Assembly: GCA_964187785.1 (NCBI GenBank)
Contig: OZ076415.1
Span: 13,392,001-13,456,000 of the forward strand
DNA from: Amphiscolops sp. MND2022
Lineage: Eukaryota
DNA: 64,000 bases
Direction: 5' to 3'
This document shows positions 25,090 to 37,876 of this stretch, in pieces. The notes below the pieces were generated by a model. That model was not told the origin of the DNA, did not search any database, and saw only the letters and a program-made list of their open reading frames with translations. The position numbers were made by a program, and so were the translations under genes. Position 1 is the first letter of the stretch. Every line of letters starts with the position of its first letter.

Positions 25090-25242
25090 TTGTATTTTGT
25101 ATATTTGTGAACTTTTCTTGTGTTTATATTTGATATAGATGTTCAGTCTTTGTTGAGTTATAAAGAGTCGATAGTTAGTCAAGGCCCCCCAAGAGTCCAA
25201 ATCAGTTAAAATCAGGGGGTGTAGCGAATTTACTTTCTTTTG

Positions 25243-27480
25243 CTAGTATCTGTATTCATCACTAACGTTTGGGGTCGGGTTGGGACGTAGATTATATTTC
25301 CCTCCCCTGGGACTTTCATTTTCTTCAACCATTTCCTCATTTTCATCGTTTGATAAATCGGGCACGATTATATCCTTGCCTCTAGAATCGAAAACTTCCG
25401 AATCTTCCTCATCTGAAGGGCGTTTAGAGGTCGTTTCAGCAATCTCTGGATCAGTATCTTGCTGTGGTCGAGTTGACCTAAGGTCCGTGTCGGTCATTTT
25501 TGCGTCTGGTTGCTCGGGTAATTGCTCAGTGTCATCTGAGCTAGTATCTTGTTGTCGTCGATTTGACCTAAGGTCCTCATCGCTGATTTCGTTTCCACGC
25601 TGTCCAGTAGTAGCGTCATCGGTATTTTCATCGTGTCGGTTGGACCACAAGTCCAAATCTGTAATTATAGCGTCCTGTTGATCAGAATCAGCTAAAGACT
25701 CGGCCGACTTGCTTTTTGAAGCGTCAAATGTAGGAAATTCGTCAAAATCCGTTTCCCATGAAATAATATATAAATCGTCTTGAGGGATGATGATTTCGTC
25801 ATCCGCTTGCAGATTGCCTTCCGGGCGATTCTCTTGTAGAGTAGCATTTGGCGTGTATTTTCGTAATTGGATTCCATGTAAAATCTGTGTTTTGTTAGAA
25901 TTGAGTTTGCGTACTATGTAAATTTCATTGGGGAGGACCTTTTCGATGACATAAGGTCCAATCCACCTGAACTCCCGGAATGGAATTTTAGAGCCTTGAT
26001 GGTCAGCTAGTGGTTGCAAAATGAAGCAGTAGTCGCCGAGTTCCAATGGGGCTGCCTTAGCCTTCCGGTCATAGTATTCCTTGTATTTTAGGTAGGAAGG
26101 CATTATGTTTTTCTTTGTTCTGTCTAAAAGGATTTGCGTGCGCCTTTGAAATACTTCCGCAAAATCAGTTGTAGGTAAGATCTTTGGGTTAGGGTTGAGT
26201 CCTAACCTGTGGTCTAGTATATTATACGGTATCCGGTCATGAAAAATTCTAGAGGGTTCACATCCTAGGCTTGAATGATAGGTCGTGTTATAGTTGAGTA
26301 CTGCCAATGGTAGATATTTGTGCCATTGTCGTCGATATTCGCCTGATGCCATTTCAAGGTTTCCTTCAAGACTTGCATGAGTGCATTCTAGTTTACCAAT
26401 CGTTTGAGGATGTTTCGTCGTTGCACACTTTATTTGAATACCTAGGATTTTTGCAATTTCGTCAACTAGGCGGGACGTAAATGCTGTTCCTTTGTCGGTA
26501 ATCAGTGTAGTTGGTAGGTAAGTGTGTCTGGTCATTATATCGATAAGTACTTTTGCTGTACTAGTGGCTGATGCGTCAGTTACTGGATAGGCGAAAAGGT
26601 ATCTTGAAAAAACATCTAGGGCCGTTATGATATTTTCGTATCCTCCACTTGGTGGTAGGTTAGGTAGAAGATCAATTTGTAGGGCATCTTCCGGGCCGAG
26701 GTCCCATTCAGGCAAGTTGAGTGATTCTGGTGTTATCGATGTATTTCGAATCCTTTTGTCTTTTATTTAGATTTCACACCCTTGAACCAATTTTTTGACA
26801 ATTTTTGCAATTCCTGGGTAATAATATTTTTGACGGATTTCCTGAAGCCTTTTGGAAATCCCTGGGTGTTTATTCGCAGCTCCGTGTAGTGATTGGAGTA
26901 AATCAGTGACAAGGTGTTTCGGTAGCAATGCCTGGCGGAATTGGACGTTGCCAGTTTCATCATAATAATCTCGGAAAATGATATCGTCCTGGACGGACAG
27001 ACGGTCAAAATGACGGCAGTAATGTCGGTAACGTGGATCTTGCTGTAAAATGGTTTCGGAATATTCCTCTTTTTGTAATTTGAATCGTAACTGTTGTAAG
27101 ATAATGTCATTTTGTTGTTCGATAGCCATGGTGATTGGTTTGGCTAATTTCTGTAAAGTTGGAGTTTGAAAGTATATACTATCATGTTTTCTAAGTTTTT
27201 CCAACGAAATGTCGGGAAATTGATTTGAAGGTTTTAACCTGGCGTCCTGTTTTCGCTTCCAAACTTGTTCTTCGGTTTCTTCGTCGTCATCCGTGTAGAA
27301 TATTTGCTCTTCTTCGGTTACTCCCGCCGATTGGACGTTGAGTTCAATGGGCGTTATTGAGATGTCTTCTCGTATGCGGAGTATGAGTTTTTCTTTAGGG
27401 CTGACTTCTAGACGAGACAGGTAGTCAGCAGCGGTGTTGTTTTTGCCAGGTATATGTGCTATAGTGAAGTTGTTCTGCAT
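25243..27480 (-). pseudogene. Gypsy RNase H end and integrase (ORFs 26767-27480 and 25243-26715) with acidic C-terminal tail
   Basis: LHG..HPG..YYPG..CEI* then QIDL, DVFSRY, HPQTIG; split by a stop. Confidence 0.9.
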
Positions 27481-27520
27481 AACATAGTCACAAGCGTTCC
27501 ACAGTGTTGGTGGAATAATT

Positions 27521-30421
27521 CTAGTTTGGAAAAAAACGAGTGACTGACTTATTGTCTGTTAGAATTATCACCGATTTCGGAGTCCCCCAAAAAATGTGTC
27601 CAAATTCTTTGAAGGCAAAGAATATTGCTAAGAATTCTTTCGCGTATATGGACATTTTCAATTGGGCGGGACTAAAGGTCTTGGATCCATACGCTACGGG
27701 GGCGAAAGCTTTCCGCATCGAACTATATTTCTCCATTGGATCATCCTTGATGAGAACTGCATAACCTGCTGCCGAGAAACTAGCATCGGTCATCAATGCT
27801 ATTTGTTTGTTTGGCAGAGGTTGTTTAAGTGCTAGATCACAACATCGGTCAAGAGCTTTGTTGATCTCGGTGAATTGTTCTAGCAGATCGGGAGTCACCA
27901 TGACTTTGGCGTCGCTTTTCAGTAATTTGAAGAATGGTGTCAGTTTATCTGAAAGCCTTGAGATGTAGTTGCGATAGTAGTTCAGGAACCCCAAGTATCT
28001 CCGAAGTGCTTTTTTGGATTTTGGGAAGTTTGTCTTCTCGAGGAAGTTTTGGACCCTTGGTCGTTGCGGCCGCACACCTCCAGGGGTGATGGTACGGCCT
28101 AAGAAGTCGATTTCTTTGGCTCCAAAGTGACATTTGTGCATGGTTAATTTGAGACCCGCGGTCCTAATGCACTCGAAGGTTGCTCGAAGGTTGTTGAGGA
28201 GCTGTATAGCGTTGTTAGCCGCGATTCCAATATCGTCGACGTACCGAGCGCATTGGTCCGCTTTGATCACTTTTTCCAGGTATTCGCGCATAAAGCTCGA
28301 GAAAGCTGACAGAGCTCTGCTTAGACCTTGTGCAAGTCTGCGGTAGGCAAATGTTCTGCTGGCAAAATTGAAGGCTAGCATCTCAATTGACCTCTGGTCA
28401 GCCATCTGGAGGCAGTGATATGCTTGAGAACAGTCTAGTTTGCAAAATAATCTTTTGCCTGCCATATGTTGCGCGGCGTCTGTTAACGTGCTGACGGGTT
28501 GGTTGTTGTTAATATAGTCGTCAGAGATCAAATTATTGATCTTTCGGACGTCGACCAAAAGTCGGAGTTTACCATTCGGTTTTTTCTGGGCAAAGATAGG
28601 GCTTGCATATTTGGAAAATGGGAGATGGGAGCGTTGTTATGATCCCATATAGGTGTTACATTGCTAACCCACAAGGATGTCCTCTTTAAGGTTGATTGGC
28701 GTTGGTAAGTTTTGGCTAAAAGCAAGGGAATCGTCTTTAGGAGTCAATTTGACCTTGAAATCTTCATTCATGCCTATGTCGAAACGGTGTCTAGCAAAGA
28801 TGTTGTGGAATTCGACTAACAATTCCTCAATTTGGGTTACTTCGGCTGGATTCAGTGTAGAATCTGTCCAGTCAAAATGAGCAAGAAATTGTTGCCTGGA
28901 CTCAGGGTTATCCTGAGGATTGAGTTTTTCTAGCTCTTGGAGGCTGTATAGTTCTTTCAAAATCCGTTGTTGAATCGGTGTATGAGACTGAGGGTCTCCA
29001 GGGTTTTCCGGAGTAGGGAACCAATAGTTCGCTTTGTCTTCGTCATTTCTCGGAGATTTGATTAGACTGCTAGCATAGTAGACGGCATGCTCCGGGTTCT
29101 CTTGTAAGAGGTGCCATGTGGTCACCGGGTCAATCGGTTTGACGTATTTCATCTGTTCTGGGGTCAGGACAGAGAAATTTGCGATGTGGGAACCCTTTTT
29201 GAGTGTGTAAGGTTGATCGGTGAAATTGTTCACGTGGATCGCAACCTGACCTTGGGTCAGTGTGACTAGAGCAGCGCAGGTTATATCGCCATCTTCTTCG
29301 AGGTCATTGCTCGGTTGAAAAATTCCAGTGACGTTGGTGTCGTCATATAGTTGAGAGTTTATGGAGACCATGTGTCTGTCATTGGTGGGAATAGTTATAT
29401 CCTCCCGGGTACAGATATGTTCCATGACATTATTGTATTTGTGGTCCGCTGTTTTCAATTGCATGGAAAAGAATGGGAAATTTAATATTCCTTGCCGCAT
29501 ATCTAAGATGGTGTTGTTCCGTTGAAGGAATGAGAGACCAATTAGCGGACTTGTAAGTTTTTCCATGACTATGAATATCTCGTGGAAGTCGATGTCCCCG
29601 ACCTCAAATTTGAGTTCAACTGTGCTCTTTGGAGTCTCCAACTGTCCATTAGCGACCATAATTTGGAAGTTTGGGGCTGGGCCCTCTTTAATTATGGACT
29701 GAGGAGCTAATAAGCGGATTTTACGTAGATTAGCTTCTGGGATAGCACTAGATAGCGCTCCCGTGTCAACAAGGCCATCTAATGTTAGTTCGCCAAAATC
29801 CATTGGAAAGTAGAGCACGCGTCGTTTATATTTGAGTCCCAAGTTCGTCGTTAATGGGACGTAATCGGGTTCACCGTCTCGTGAGATGAGCGAGTGCATG
29901 TATCGTTCTGCCACGGTTGCGGTCAGGGTGACCACAGGTCCGTCTGGGGGAAGGTACGTCTGTGGTTCGGCATAAGTTGCCGTAGAGGGAGCACCTCGTG
30001 TGGTTTGCCAAGGGTCAACTGGCGCCGCGGACAAGTGTGTATTGAGATTCTGGTCGATCTCGGGTGAATCAGGTTCTATATCGATGGTATTTTTGGTAAA
30101 ATTGTTGTAGAATTGTAAATAATGCTGGTTGTAGATTTGAATGTCCCAATAAGGATCGAAACCAAAGTCTGGGTCGAGATAGTAGGGGTTATAGTTATCT
30201 ATAAGAGGGATAGGACGAATAGTGGTAAAGTTACAGTGCTGTCCATCAGACTGGAGGTCCAGTTTTTGAAAGTTACTAGGATTGTGTTTCACCTGCTGCT
30301 GCCAGTCAGCCGATGAGTTTTCTTTGAGTGAAGAGTAATGTTCAGTGTAATATACCGTAGAGGGGTCAGATATTATGTATTGTCTGACACGGAGTTTTTC
30401 GTTAAAGTGGAGTCGTGGCAC
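27521..30421 (-). pseudogene. Gypsy pol: protease, linker, reverse transcriptase, RNase H
   Basis: ORFs 28664-30421 and 27521-28558 joined across frameshifts; DTGA and YVDD motifs. Confidence 0.9.
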
Positions 30422-30423
30422 AT

Positions 30424-32273
30424 CTAGTTTTTTGGGTTTTTGAGAATGGAAGTAGTAGGTTTGTTGTTGGAGTCATCTTGACCTATGGTAGTTTCCTCGG
30501 TTTTGGAATTATCCAATTTGAGGTTTTTGGGCTTGAGGTGGGCTCCAGCGCCTTTCCAACACCGTTCCGCCGGGTGATTCGTTTTGTCGCAAGTTGGACA
30601 TTTGGGATATTCTTTCTTGGTATCCTGCCCGCCGTTGCGCTTTTGTTCCTCCTTTCGCTTGAGTTTTTGGCAGTCATCTTTGACATGGCCCGGTTTTTGC
30701 AGTAGTTGCAAGTGACATTTGGGTCAATGCCAGACGAAAGGAGGCCAGTTCCCGGTCGTGTTGCTGTGGGGGCAGTGGACATTGTGGGGACGTGAATGTC
30801 GTCACCTTCCTCAAGTCCATCCAACTCTAATTCTCGTTCGAGGTGTGTGACGATCTCGTCATACGTGGCGTTTTCAAGTCGCGCCATAATGACGGAACGT
30901 TTCAGTTTGGGTGGTAGTTTGGCGTAAAGCAAACTGTCAATCATTGCTTGGGCATGTTCCCCAAAGGCCTTTTCAGCACCTTGGTTGAGTTCTTCAAGGA
31001 AGTCAGGCAGTTTCATAGTATTCGGGTCAAATACCAATTTGTGCTATCTGTGTTTGGCGGTTGCCTGAGACTCGGGTTTGACATATTTCCTCCGGAAGAC
31101 TGCTAGTATGTCCTCGAGAGTTTGTCTATTAGCTGAATTGATGTTACGAAAGGTCTGTAGCGCATTTTTGCCCAACAGCGATTGAAAATGATTGATTTTC
31201 ATTGTTTCCGACATGTCCGGTTGCATCTTTATCATTGTGTGAAAAATATCTTCCAACAGTTCAAACTTTTCGGATTTATCATCAAATGTTAGTGTGGTCG
31301 TATTGACTGGTCGTACCATCAGTGTCTGGGCTGACGGTTTGTTATTCATTCCCATAATAACATCTGCAAGTCTGTTGATGGGATCTATTGGTGCTTCAAA
31401 GGGCACGTCCCTATTGTTAGTAGGGACTGGTTGTATTTGTGCAGGGATGGTGGTATCAAGCGTGTCATCGTGGACACACAGTTGATGAGGAATTTTATTT
31501 TGGGATTGCATGGGCCGTCCGGTCAGAAACTCAGGGACCATTTGTGGGGTAAGGTTGGCTCCTGTCACCATGTCGTAACCAATTTCATCATCACTCCCAC
31601 AAGAATCTGCTGAATTCTCTCTTTGATGATTTATTTGGTTACTACTTATCGTTACTAACCTAGGGAAGTCTTTCTTAGCATCCTGGGACGCTTTTCCAGC
31701 AATTTGTTGCTGAGGTCCAACTGACCTAAGGTCCCTTTGGAGACGTATTTGACCAAAAGTACTCGGAAGAGGTCCATCTGACCGAAGGTCCGTATTTGTA
31801 TTTTTTGTTGAATTTTGACTTTCCAATGCACTCCTGATGCTGGGAATCACTTTCTCTTCAATTGCAGAGTCAACTGCATTCAGAATATGCGAATTAAGAT
31901 CTGATCTCATTTCATCTAATTTTCTAGACATTTGTGAAGAAATTTCTGAATTTATTGCTCTACTCGTTTCAACTGTAATTTCACTATTCTCACTCACATT
32001 AGTATTCAATATTGACCTGAAGTTTCCACTAATTGAATTAGTTTCTCTCTGAGCTCTCCTTGACTCTAAGTCAAAATCAGTGTTACCAATATCTTCATCT
32101 CTAACTTGATCATCTTCCTGGTAATTTCCCAACATTACATCTAGATTTTCAATGTCTGACATTACGTCTGATTGTCTTGAGCGCTTTTCTCTGGCTTTCT
32201 GCTTTCTAGTCGAGGGCATTTTGATAGAAGATTTTCGTTTAAGAGTAAATTGAACAGTTTGTCTAACTTTCAC
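30424..32273 (-). pseudogene. Gypsy gag (split into ORFs 31044-32273, 30483-31037, 30424-30711)
   Basis: Capsid-like FDxKSEKFELLED region and zinc knuckles; premature stop at 31044 and a frameshift near 30710. Confidence 0.88.
30427..30433 (-). promoter_or_regulatory. Programmed -1 frameshift heptamer A AAA AAC at the gag/pol junction
   Basis: Minus strand CCA AAA AAC TAG ends gag; the -1 frame reads ..CTA GAT GTG CCA CGA into pol. Duplicated at 34144-34150. Confidence 0.75.
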
Positions 32274-33096
32274 AGTGCGTATGTGTATCGTTGCAACAGT
32301 ATTGAATTGAAATTACAAAATCAGACCCATCGTTTATATACTTTTATCACCATGACACTCAGTGTTTTGAACGTCATAGAGTAAAAATATGAATGATGTC
32401 ATCATTAAAAATAGCAACAACCTAATTATGACATAATATTGGCTATAAATAGAAACTAGGGTGAACTGATACCTTACGTCACTTGTCCTCTAATATTCTA
32501 ATATATAAATGGAAGCAACAACAAAACAGATATTAATGGATACATGCAAACTGTAGTATTTCATGCTTCTGAGAGTATTATACGGCTTTCAATAACAAAT
32601 TGGACCTAACGTCCGCGTGACTTCAGCACTATACTATTGGCGCAATTTGATTGGTTAAAAGAATTTTGGACAACGCGTCAACTTGACGGCAGTGCTGTAC
32701 AAGTTGAACGCGTTTCCTTTACCTTTACCAGTTCGTTGCTTTATTCAACTGATTTCTAATTTACATTTCTAAACTGCAACAAGCAATTAATTGCATATTT
32801 GTATGTACGGATTGGTTCACAATAGACAAAATAGTTCATCAACGTTTTTACATATCAGTATATAAATAAATAATAAAAGTAAATGATTGCGGTCAAACTG
32901 ACCCTAGGTCAGATTGTTTAGGAAAATTGCATGATTTATCAAAATAAGCGCCATAATAACGTGAAAAAGTGTTTGTTTAGTAAGATAGCAATACTCACTA
33001 ATATGTTATGTAAGTTTTGGGAGTTTCATTAGATTGGTAGGACTCCTGGTCCTGGAATAGTAATGTCGTCTTCCGGGGTGACTTGATAGAGTAGAC

Positions 33097-36000
33097 CATT
33101 GGGGGGAATAGTTATATCCTGCCGGGTACAGATATGTTCCATGACATTATTGTATTTGTGGTCCGCTGTTTTCAATTGCATGGAAAAGAATGGGAAATTT
33201 AATATTCCTTGCCGCATATCTAAGATGGTGTTGTTCCGTTGAAGGAATGAGAGACCAATTAGCGGACTTGTAAGTTTTTCCATGACTATGAGCATCTCGT
33301 GGAAGTCGATGTCCCCGACCTCAAATTTGAGTTCAACTGTGCTCTTTGGAGTCTCCAACTGTCCATTAGCGACCATAATTTGGAAGTTTGGGGCTGGGCC
33401 CTCTTTAATTATGGACTGAGGAGCTAATAAGCGGATTTTACGTAGATTAGCTTCTGGGATAGCACTAGATAGCGCTCCCGTGTCAACAAGGCCATCTAAT
33501 GTTAGTTCGCCAAAATCCATTGGAAAGTAGAGCACGCGTCGTTTATATTTGAGTCCCAAGTTCGTCGTTAATGGGACGTAATCGGGTTCACCGTCTCGTG
33601 AGATGAGCGAGTGCATGTATCGTTCTGCCACGGTTGCGGTCAGGGTGACCACAGGTCCGTCTGGGGGAAGGTACGTCTGTGGTTCGGCATAAGTTGCCGT
33701 AGAGGGAGCACCTCGTGTGGTTTGCCAAGGGTCAACTGGCGCCGCGGACAAGTGTGTATTGAGATTCTGGTCGATCTCGGGTGAATCAGGTTCTATATCG
33801 ATGGTATTTTTGGTAAAATTGTTGTAGAATTGTAAATAATGCTGGTTGTAGATTTGAATGTCCCAATAAGGATCGAAACCAAAGTCTGGGTCGAGATAGT
33901 AGGGGTTATAGTTATCTATAAGAGGGATAGGACGAATAGTGGTAAAGTTACAGTGCTGTCCATCAGACTGGAGGTCCAGTTTTTGAAAGTTACTAGGATT
34001 GTGTTTCACCTGCTGCTGCCAGTCAGCCGATGAGTTTTCTTTGAGTGAAGAGTAATGTTCAGTGTAATATACCGTAGAGGGGTCAGATATTATGTATTGT
34101 CTGACACGGAGTTTTTCGTTAAAGTGGAGTCGTGGCACATCTAGTTTTTTGGGTTTTTGAGAATGGAAGTAGTAGGTTTGTTGTTGGAGTCATCTTGACC
34201 TATGGTAGTTTCCTCGGTTTTGGAATTATCCAATTTGAGGTTTTTGGGCTTGAGGTGGGCTCCAGCGCCTTTCCAACACCGTTCCGCCGGGTGATTCGTT
34301 TTGTCGCAAGTTGGACATTTGGGATATTCTTTCTTGGTATCCTGCCCGCCGTTGCGCTTTTGTTCCTCCTTTCGCTTGAGTTTTTGGCAGTCATCTTTGA
34401 CATGGCCCGGTTTTTGCAGTAGTTGCAAGTGACATTTGGGTCAATGCCAGACGAAAGGAGGCCAGTTCCCGGTCGTGTTGCTGTGGGGGCAGTGGACATT
34501 GTGGGGACGTGAATGTCGTCACCTTCCTCAAGTCCATCCAACTCTAATTCTCGTTCGAGGTGTGTGACGATCTCGTCATACGTGGCGTTTTCAAGTCGCG
34601 CCATAATGACGGAACGTTTCAGTTTGGGTGGTAGTTTGGCGTAAAGCAAACTGTCAATCATTGCTTGGGCATGTTCCCCAAAGGCCTTTTCAGCACCTTG
34701 GTTGAGTTCTTCAAGGAAGTCAGGCAGTTTCATAGTATTCGGGTCAAATACCAATTTGTGCCATCTGTTTGGCGGTTGCCTGAGACTCGGGTTTGACATA
34801 TTTCCTCCGGAAGACTGCTAGTATGTCCTCAAGAGTTTGTCTATTAGCTGAATTGATGTTACGAAAGGTCTGTAGCGCATTTTGCCCAACAGCGATTGAA
34901 AATGATTGATTTTCATTGTTTCCGACATGTCCGGTTGCATCTTTATCATTGTGTGAAAAATATCTTCCAACAGTTCAAACTTTTCGGATTTACCATCAAA
35001 TGTTAGTGTGGTCGTATTGACTGGTCGTACCATCAGTGTCTGGGCTGACGGTTTGTTATTCATTCCCATAATAACATCTGCAAGTCTGTTGATGGGATCT
35101 ATTGGTGCTTCAAAGGGCACGTCCCTATTGTTAGTAGGGACTGGTTGTATTTGTGCAGGGATGGTGGTATCAAGCGTGTCATCGTGGACACACAGTTGAT
35201 GGGGAATTTTATTTTGGGATTGCATGGGCCGTCCGGTCAGAAACTCAGGGACCATTTGTGGGGTAAGGTTGGCTCCTGTCACCATGTCGTAACCAATTTC
35301 ATCATCACTCCCACAAGAATCTGCTGAATTCTCTCTTTGATGATTTATTTGGTTACTACTTATCGTTACTAACCTAGGGAAGTCTTTCTTAGCATCCTGG
35401 GACGCTTTTCCAGCAATTTGTTGCTGAGGTCCAACTGACCTAAGGTCCCTTTGGGGACGTATTTGACCAAAAGTACTCGGATGAGGTCCATCTGACCGAA
35501 GGTCCGTATTTGTATTTTTTGTTGAATTTTGACTTTCCAATGCACTCCTGATGCTGGGAATCACTTTCTCTTCAATTGCAGAGTCAACTGCATTCAGAAT
35601 ATGCGAATTAAGATCTGATCTCATTTCATCTAATTTTCTAGACATTTGTGAAGAAATTTCTGAATTTATTGCTCTACTCGTTTCAACTGTAATTTCACTA
35701 TTCTCACTCACATTAGTATTCAATATTGACCTGAAGTTTCCACTAATTGAATTAGTTTCTCTCTGAGCTCTCCTTGACTCTAAGTCAAAATCAGTGTTAC
35801 CAATATCTTCATCTCTAACTTGATCATCTTCCTGGTAATTTCCCAACATTACATCTAGATTTTCAATGTCTGACATTACGTCTGATTGTCTTGAGCGCTT
35901 TTCTCTGGCTTTCTGCTTTCTAGTCGAGGGCATTTTGATAGAAGATTTTCGTTTAAGAGTAAATTGAACAGTTTGTCTAACTTTCACAGTGCGTATGTGT

Positions 36001-37465
36001 ATCGTTGCAACAGTATTGAATTGAAATTACAAAATCAGACCCATCGTTTATATACTTTTATCACCATGACACTCAGTGTTTTGAACGTCATAGAGTAAAA
36101 ATATGAATGATGTCATCATTAAAAATAGCAACAACCTAATTATGACATAATATTGGCTATAAATAGAAACTAGGGTGAACTGATACATTACGTCACTTGT
36201 CCTCTAATATTCTAATATATAAATGGAAGCAACAACAAAACAGATATTAATGGATACATGCAAACTGTAGTATTTCATGCTTCTGAGAGTATTATACGGC
36301 TTTCAATAACAAATTGGACTCAACGTCCGCGTGACTTCAGCACTATACTATTGGCGCAATTTGATTGGTTAAAAGAATTTTGGACAACGCGTCAACTTGA
36401 CGGCAGTGCTGTACAAGTTGAACGCGTTTCCTTTACCTTTACCAGTTCGTTGCTTTATTCAACTGATTTCTAATTTACATTTCTAAACTGCAACAAGCAA
36501 TTAATTGCATATTTGTATGTACGGATTGGTTCACAATAGACAAAATAGTTCATCAACGTTTTTACATATCAGTGTATAAATAAATAATAAAAGTAAATGA
36601 TTGCGGTCAAACTGACCCTAGGTCAGATTGTTTAGGAAAATTGCATGATTTATCAAAATAAGCGCCATAATAACGTGAAAAAGTGTTTGTTTAGTAAGAT
36701 AGCAATACTCACTAATATGTTATGTAAGTTTTGGGAGTTTCATTAGATTGGTAGGACTCCTGGTCCTGGAATAGTAATGTCGTCTTCCGGGGTGACTTGA
36801 TAGAGTAGACCATCGCAGGCGGTAGCCTGCGACACTCCCCGGGGTACAAGAATGAATGAACTTGCATTCATTCCTGCATCAAATGCGTAGCGCTTTGCCA
36901 TTCTCGTCTCATATGTTTCTCCTTGGATATGTGTGCTCTCTAAATATCCCAGCGTAATTTCCTCCTTGATTGCTGGGTAACTCTTGCCGCACACAATGCA
37001 TCCTGTATGATAGACGTCATTTGGCTGACCGCAGGTCCCGCTCACGCTTATACCAAGTCCTGTTATATGGGGATTGTTAGTCCAACTTTCCAGAGTAAGT
37101 GACTGATGGTCATCAGGGCGTGAGTCAAATGTAGGTTGCTGGTCAATTAACGGCGGCGAAAGGGGGGAGTCCAACACCGGGTCAATCTGGCTACAGTGTG
37201 CAATCGGGTGATTGCTAATTGATTGTCCAGAATAAGAGGGTGGTGGATTACCAATGAACCAGTCCACTAGGGAATTTGACGGTTCAGAAAAGGTACTTGC
37301 GGATTCAGCTATTTCACTGCTTGGTAAGTTAAGATCGTTGAGACATTCGGTGATTTCCGTGGTCATCGCACGGCCTGCTACTAATTGTTGGGGAAATTCA
37401 GGGCTGATGCGATAGCAAGCTAAGACTTGGATATCGTCATCGTCGCTGACGGAATCTTGCACATC
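33097..37465 (-). mobile_element. Copy C: tandem duplicate of 29378-33099 plus the extra ORF
   Basis: Protease, gag and spacer nearly identical to copy B at an offset of about 3717; junction at shared CAT (33097-33099). Confidence 0.93.
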
Positions 37466-37469
37466 TTGA

Positions 37470-37876
37470 ACAAGTTGAACGCGTTTCCTTTACCTTTACC
37501 AGTTCGTTGCTTTATTCAACTGATTTCTAATTTACATTTCTAAACTGCAACAAGCAATTAATTGCATATTTGTATGTACGGATTGGTTCACAATAGACAA
37601 AATAGTTCATCAACGTTTTTACATATCAGTATATAAAATAATAATAAAAGTAAATGATTGCGGTCAAACTGACCCTAGGTCAGAGTGTTTAGGAAAATTG
37701 CATGATTTATCAAAATAAGCGCCATAATAACGTGGAAAAGTGTTTGTTTAGTAAGATAGCAATACTCACTAATATGTTATGTAAGTTTTGGGAGTTTCAT
37801 TAGATCGGTAGGACTCCTGGTCCTGGAATAGTAATGTCGTCTTCCGGGGTGACTTGATAGAGTAGACCATCGCAGG
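37470..37876 (-). repeat. Copy D: short re-duplication of the spacer and extra-ORF end
   Basis: Matches about 36410-36826; junction ACATC-ttga-ACAAGTTGAAC. Confidence 0.88.

Larger units (their letters stand above)
25226..33099 (-). mobile_element. Copy B of the large Gypsy element: gag, protease, RT, RNase H, integrase
   Basis: Two CCHC knuckles (CNYC..GH..DDC; CPTC..NH..ERC), protease LVDTGA, RT LDCSQAY..YVDD, RNase H TDAS..AKEFLAI, integrase QIDL..TDKGTAF. A few frameshifts and stops. Confidence 0.97.
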
